Shown here piece by piece: positions 35,674-38,841 of a stretch of DNA of 38,841 bases; the first letter of the stretch is position 1; the number at the start of each line of letters is the position of its first letter. The stretch comes from a virus. Its lineage: Duplodnaviria > Heunggongvirae > Uroviricota > Caudoviricetes. Under the pieces are notes generated by a model that worked only from the letters and a program-made list of their open reading frames with translations, did no database searches and was not told the origin of the DNA. The translations under genes and the position numbers were made by a program. Where the stretch lies: the IMG/VR virus record IMGVR_UViG_2541047816_000002; one strand, 5' to 3'.

Positions 35674-36105
35674 ATGTTTCTGAAAACAGAACAATTTGAA
35701 TATAACGGTGTGTCTGTCACGCTTTCCGAATTGTCTGCGCTGCAGCGTATCGAGCATCTTGCCCTCCTGAAACGGCGTGCAGAACAGGCAGAATCCTGCG
35801 GCAACCTGCAGGTAAGCGTGGAAGATCTCGTCAGAACCGGCGCGTTTCTGGTGGCGATGTCCCTGTGGCATAACCATCCACAGAAAACGCAGTCACCGTC
35901 AATGAATGAGGCCGTGATGAAGATAGAGCAGGAAGTGCTCACCACCTGGCCTGCCGATGCCATTGCCCGGGCGGAAGACGTGGTGTTGTGCCTGTCCGGG
36001 ATGATCGAAGCTGTTCGTCCGGATACTGATATTACTGAAGTGGCGAAAAATAACACGCTGACTGATGATGATTTTTCTGCGGGAAAGTCTTCGACGGCGA
36101 GCTGA
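35674..36105 (+). CDS. G: Tail assembly chaperone G
   Basis: 143 aa; slippery GGGAAAG near 3' end; GGAGG RBS. Confidence 0.82.
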   Translation: MFLKTEQFEYNGVSVTLSELSALQRIEHLALLKRRAEQAESCGNLQVSVEDLVRTGAFLVAMSLWHNHPQKTQSPSMNEAVMKIEQEVLTTWPADAIARAEDVVLCLSGMIEAVRPDTDITEVAKNNTLTDDDFSAGKSSTAS

Positions 36106-36545
36106 ACTTTGCCCTCAGACTGGCGCGTGAGATGGGGAGACCCGACTGGCGCGCCATGCTTGCCGGGATGACATCCACCGAATATGCCGACTGGCACCGT
36201 TTTTACCGCACGCATTATTTTCAGGATACCCAGCTGGATATGCATTTTTCCGGGCTGACGTACGCTGTACTCAGCCTGTTTTTTTGCGATCCGGATATGC
36301 ATCCCTCTGATTTCAGTCTGCTTGTCCCCCGGCATGAGGAAGAGCAGGTGGAGAGGCCGGATGAGGACAAAATGCTGATGCAGAAAGCGGCAGGACTTGC
36401 CGGAGGCGTCCGGTTCGGTGGGGACGGAGGGCGCGATATTTTATCGTCTGCGGATGTGGCGGATGTCATGGTGGATGATGCCGCATTAATGATGGCTTCA
36501 GCGGGGATTCCGGGAGGTGTGAGATATGTCCCAGCCGGTTGGTGA
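35674..36545 (+). CDS. Tail assembly chaperone G-T fusion via programmed -1 frameshift
   Basis: -1 frame ORF 36132-36545 is continuous with G after a -1 slip at G GGA AAG (36081-36087). Confidence 0.7.
36081..36087 (+). other. Slippery heptamer G_GGA_AAG for -1 programmed ribosomal frameshift
   Basis: X_XXY_YYZ heptamer positioned in the G zero frame exactly as in lambda G/GT. Confidence 0.7.
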
Positions 36546-38841
36546 TCTTGTTATTGACCTTAGTCTGGATGCTGTCCGTTTCGATGAGCAGATGAGCCGG
36601 GTAAGGCGTCATTTTTCAGGTCTGGATACCGACGCCAGAAAAACCGCCAGTGCTGTTGAACAGGGCCTGAGCCGCCAGGCGCTGGCTGCACAAAAAGCCG
36701 GGATTTCCGTCGGGCAGTATAAAGCGGCCATGCGAACCCTGCCCGCACAGTTTACGGATATCGCCACGCAGCTTGCCGGTGGTCAGAATCCCTGGTTGAT
36801 CCTGCTGCAACAGGGCGGTCAGGTGAAGGACTCCTTCGGCGGGATGATCCCCATGTTCAGGGGGCTTGCCGGTGCGATCACCCTGCCGATGGTCGGGGTC
36901 ACCTCGCTGGTGGTGGCGACAGGTGCGCTGGCGTACGCCTGGTACCAGGGCGACGCCACGCTTTCAGAATTTAATAAAACGCTGGTCCTTTCCGGCAATC
37001 AGGCCGGACTGACTGCCGATCGTATGCTGACGCTCTCAAGAGCCGGGCAGGCAGCAGGGCTGACGTTTAACCAGGCGAGAGAGTCACTGGCAGCCCTGGT
37101 GAATGCCGGTGTGCGTGGTGGTGAACAGTTTGATGCCATTAACCAGAGTGTCGCGCGTTTTGCGTCTGCATCCGGTGTGGAGGTGGATAAAGTCGCTGAA
37201 GCCTTCGGGAAGCTGACCACTGATCCGACGTCGGGACTGATGGCGATGGCGCGCCAGTTCCGTAACGTGACGGCAGAGCAGATTGCGTATGTTGCACAAC
37301 TGCAGCGTTCCGGAGACGAGGCCGGGGCCTTACAGGCGGCGAACGATATCGCCACGAAAGGCTTTGATGAGCAGACCCGTCGCCTGAAAGAAAACATGGG
37401 AACACTGGAGACCTGGGCGGATAAAACAGGGAAGGCATTCAAATCGATGTGGGATGCCATTCTGGATATCGGTCGTCCGGAATCCTCAGCGGATATGCTC
37501 GCCAGTGCACAGAAGGCATTTGATGAGGCGGACAAAAAATGGCAGTGGTACCAGAGTCGGAGCCAGCGCCGCGGTAAAACCTCCTCTTTCCGGGCCAACC
37601 TTCAGGGCGCATGGGATGACCGGGAAAATGCCCGTCTGGGTCTGGCAGCGGCAACGCTGCAGTCGGATATGGAAAAAGCCGGTGAACTGGCGGCAAGGGA
37701 CAGGGCTGAGCGTGAGTCGTCACAGCTGAAGTATACCGGAGAGGCGCAGAAGGCGTATGAGCGCCTGCTGACGCCACTGGAGAAATATACCGCCCGGCAG
37801 GAAGAGCTGAATAAGGCCCTGAAAGACGGGAAAATCCTGCAGGCGGATTACAACACGCTGATGGCGTCGGCAAAAAAGGATTATGAGTCGACGCAGAAAA
37901 AGCCGTCCGGTGTGAAGGTGTCTGCCGGTGAGCGCCAGGAAGACCAGGCGCATGCAGCCCTGCTGGCGCTTGAAACTGAGCTCAGGACGCTGGAGAAGCA
38001 CAGCGGTGCGAATGAAAAAATCAGCCAGCAGCGCCGTGATTTATGGAAAGCGGAAAATCAGTATGTGGTCCTGAAAGAGGCCGCCACGAAACGGCAGTTA
38101 TCTGAGCAGGAAAAATCCCTGCTGGCTCATGAGAAAGAGACGCTGGAGTACAAACGCCAGCTGGCTGAGCTGGGAGACAAGATTGAACACCAGAAGCGGC
38201 TGAATGAGCTGGCACAGCAGGCGGCGCGGTTTGAACAGCAGCAAAGCGCGAAGCAGGCGGCAATCAGCGCAAAAGCCCGCGGCCTCACCGACCGTCAGGC
38301 GCAGCGGGAGTCGGAAGAGCAGCGCCTTCGTGAGGTGTACGGTGATAATCCGGCTGCGCTGGCGAAGGCCACATCTGCACTGAAGAACACCTGGTCTGCG
38401 GAGGAGCAGCTTCGTGGAAGCTGGATGGCCGGGATGAAGTCCGGCTGGGGAGAGTGGGCGGAAAGTGCGACGGACAGTTTTTCGCAGGTTAAAAGTGTGG
38501 CCACGCAGACCTTTGATGGTATTGCACAGAATATGGCGGCGATGCTGACCGGCAGCGAACAGAACTGGCGCAGCTTCACCCGTTCCGTGCTGTCCATGAT
38601 GACAGAAATTCTGCTTAAGCAGGCAATGGTGGGGATTGTCGGGAGTATCGGCAGCGCCATTGGCGGGGCTGTTGGTGGCGGCGCATCCGCGTCAGGCGGT
38701 ACAGCCATTCAGGCCGCTGCGGCGAAATTCCATTTTGCAACCGGAGGATTTACGGGAACCGGCGGCAAATATGAGCCAGCGGGGATTGTTCACCGTGGTG
38801 AATTTGTCTTCACGAAGGAGGCAACCAGCCGGATTGGCGTG
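36526..38841 (+). CDS. H: Tail tape measure protein H (3'-truncated by window end)
   Basis: MSQPVGDLVIDLSLDAVRFDEQMSRVRRHFSG... collinear with recalled lambda gpH for >770 codons; no stop before nt 38841. Confidence 0.9.
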   Translation, partial: MSQPVGDLVIDLSLDAVRFDEQMSRVRRHFSGLDTDARKTASAVEQGLSRQALAAQKAGISVGQYKAAMRTLPAQFTDIATQLAGGQNPWLILLQQGGQVKDSFGGMIPMFRGLAGAITLPMVGVTSLVVATGALAYAWYQGDATLSEFNKTLVLSGNQAGLTADRMLTLSRAGQAAGLTFNQARESLAALVNAGVRGGEQFDAINQSVARFASASGVEVDKVAEAFGKLTTDPTSGLMAMARQFRNVTAEQIAYVAQLQRSGDEAGALQAANDIATKGFDEQTRRLKENMGTLETWADKTGKAFKSMWDAILDIGRPESSADMLASAQKAFDEADKKWQWYQSRSQRRGKTSSFRANLQGAWDDRENARLGLAAATLQSDMEKAGELAARDRAERESSQLKYTGEAQKAYERLLTPLEKYTARQEELNKALKDGKILQADYNTLMASAKKDYESTQKKPSGVKVSAGERQEDQAHAALLALETELRTLEKHSGANEKISQQRRDLWKAENQYVVLKEAATKRQLSEQEKSLLAHEKETLEYKRQLAELGDKIEHQKRLNELAQQAARFEQQQSAKQAAISAKARGLTDRQAQRESEEQRLREVYGDNPAALAKATSALKNTWSAEEQLRGSWMAGMKSGWGEWAESATDSFSQVKSVATQTFDGIAQNMAAMLTGSEQNWRSFTRSVLSMMTEILLKQAMVGIVGSIGSAIGGAVGGGASASGGTAIQAAAAKFHFATGGFTGTGGKYEPAGIVHRGEFVFTKEATSRIGV

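Noticed and set aside
35001-36335. 444-aa minus-strand ORF overlapping V and G
   Set aside because: Antisense to genes strongly collinear with lambda V/G; Arg/Cys-rich low-complexity translation typical of spurious frames opposite GC-rich coding DNA.

Overview
The window is almost entirely one lambdoid prophage of an E. coli-like enterobacterial genome, running from the integrase stop codon (nt 1-3) to the middle of the tail tape-measure gene (open at nt 38841). Left to right: int and xis; a leftward early operon (large protein with a DnaQ-like exonuclease C-terminus, two small proteins, a Rha-family regulator, a convergent small-gene pair); an immunity region with a short repressor lacking a peptidase domain, flanked by five TACC-N4-GGTA operator-like sites; a replication module (Cro-like, YdaT-like, O-like initiator with internal iterons, DnaC-like loader); a nin-like region carrying accessory genes (QueH-like DUF208 protein, Hok-family toxin, Rem-like, DUF968, RusA); antiterminator Q followed by a lambda-like pR'/qut and a close terminator; a frameshifted DNA methyltransferase; three tRNA genes; a highly structured non-coding stretch with two tandem promoter-terminator modules where Stx phages carry stxAB (no toxin genes present); a NanS-p-like esterase; an S21-type lysis cassette (pinholin, SAR endolysin, Rz/Rz1) interrupted by two extra genes; a lambda-like cos site; and a lambda-like head/tail module (Nu1, A, W, B, C/Nu3, D, E, FI, FII, Z, U, V, G/GT, H). 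The terminase large-subunit gene A is split by an IS21-family element (istA/istB), so the prophage is probably packaging-defective. No CRISPR array or rRNA was seen. All product names are assigned by eye from motifs, gene order and recalled lambda/E. coli prophage protein sequences; no database search was run.
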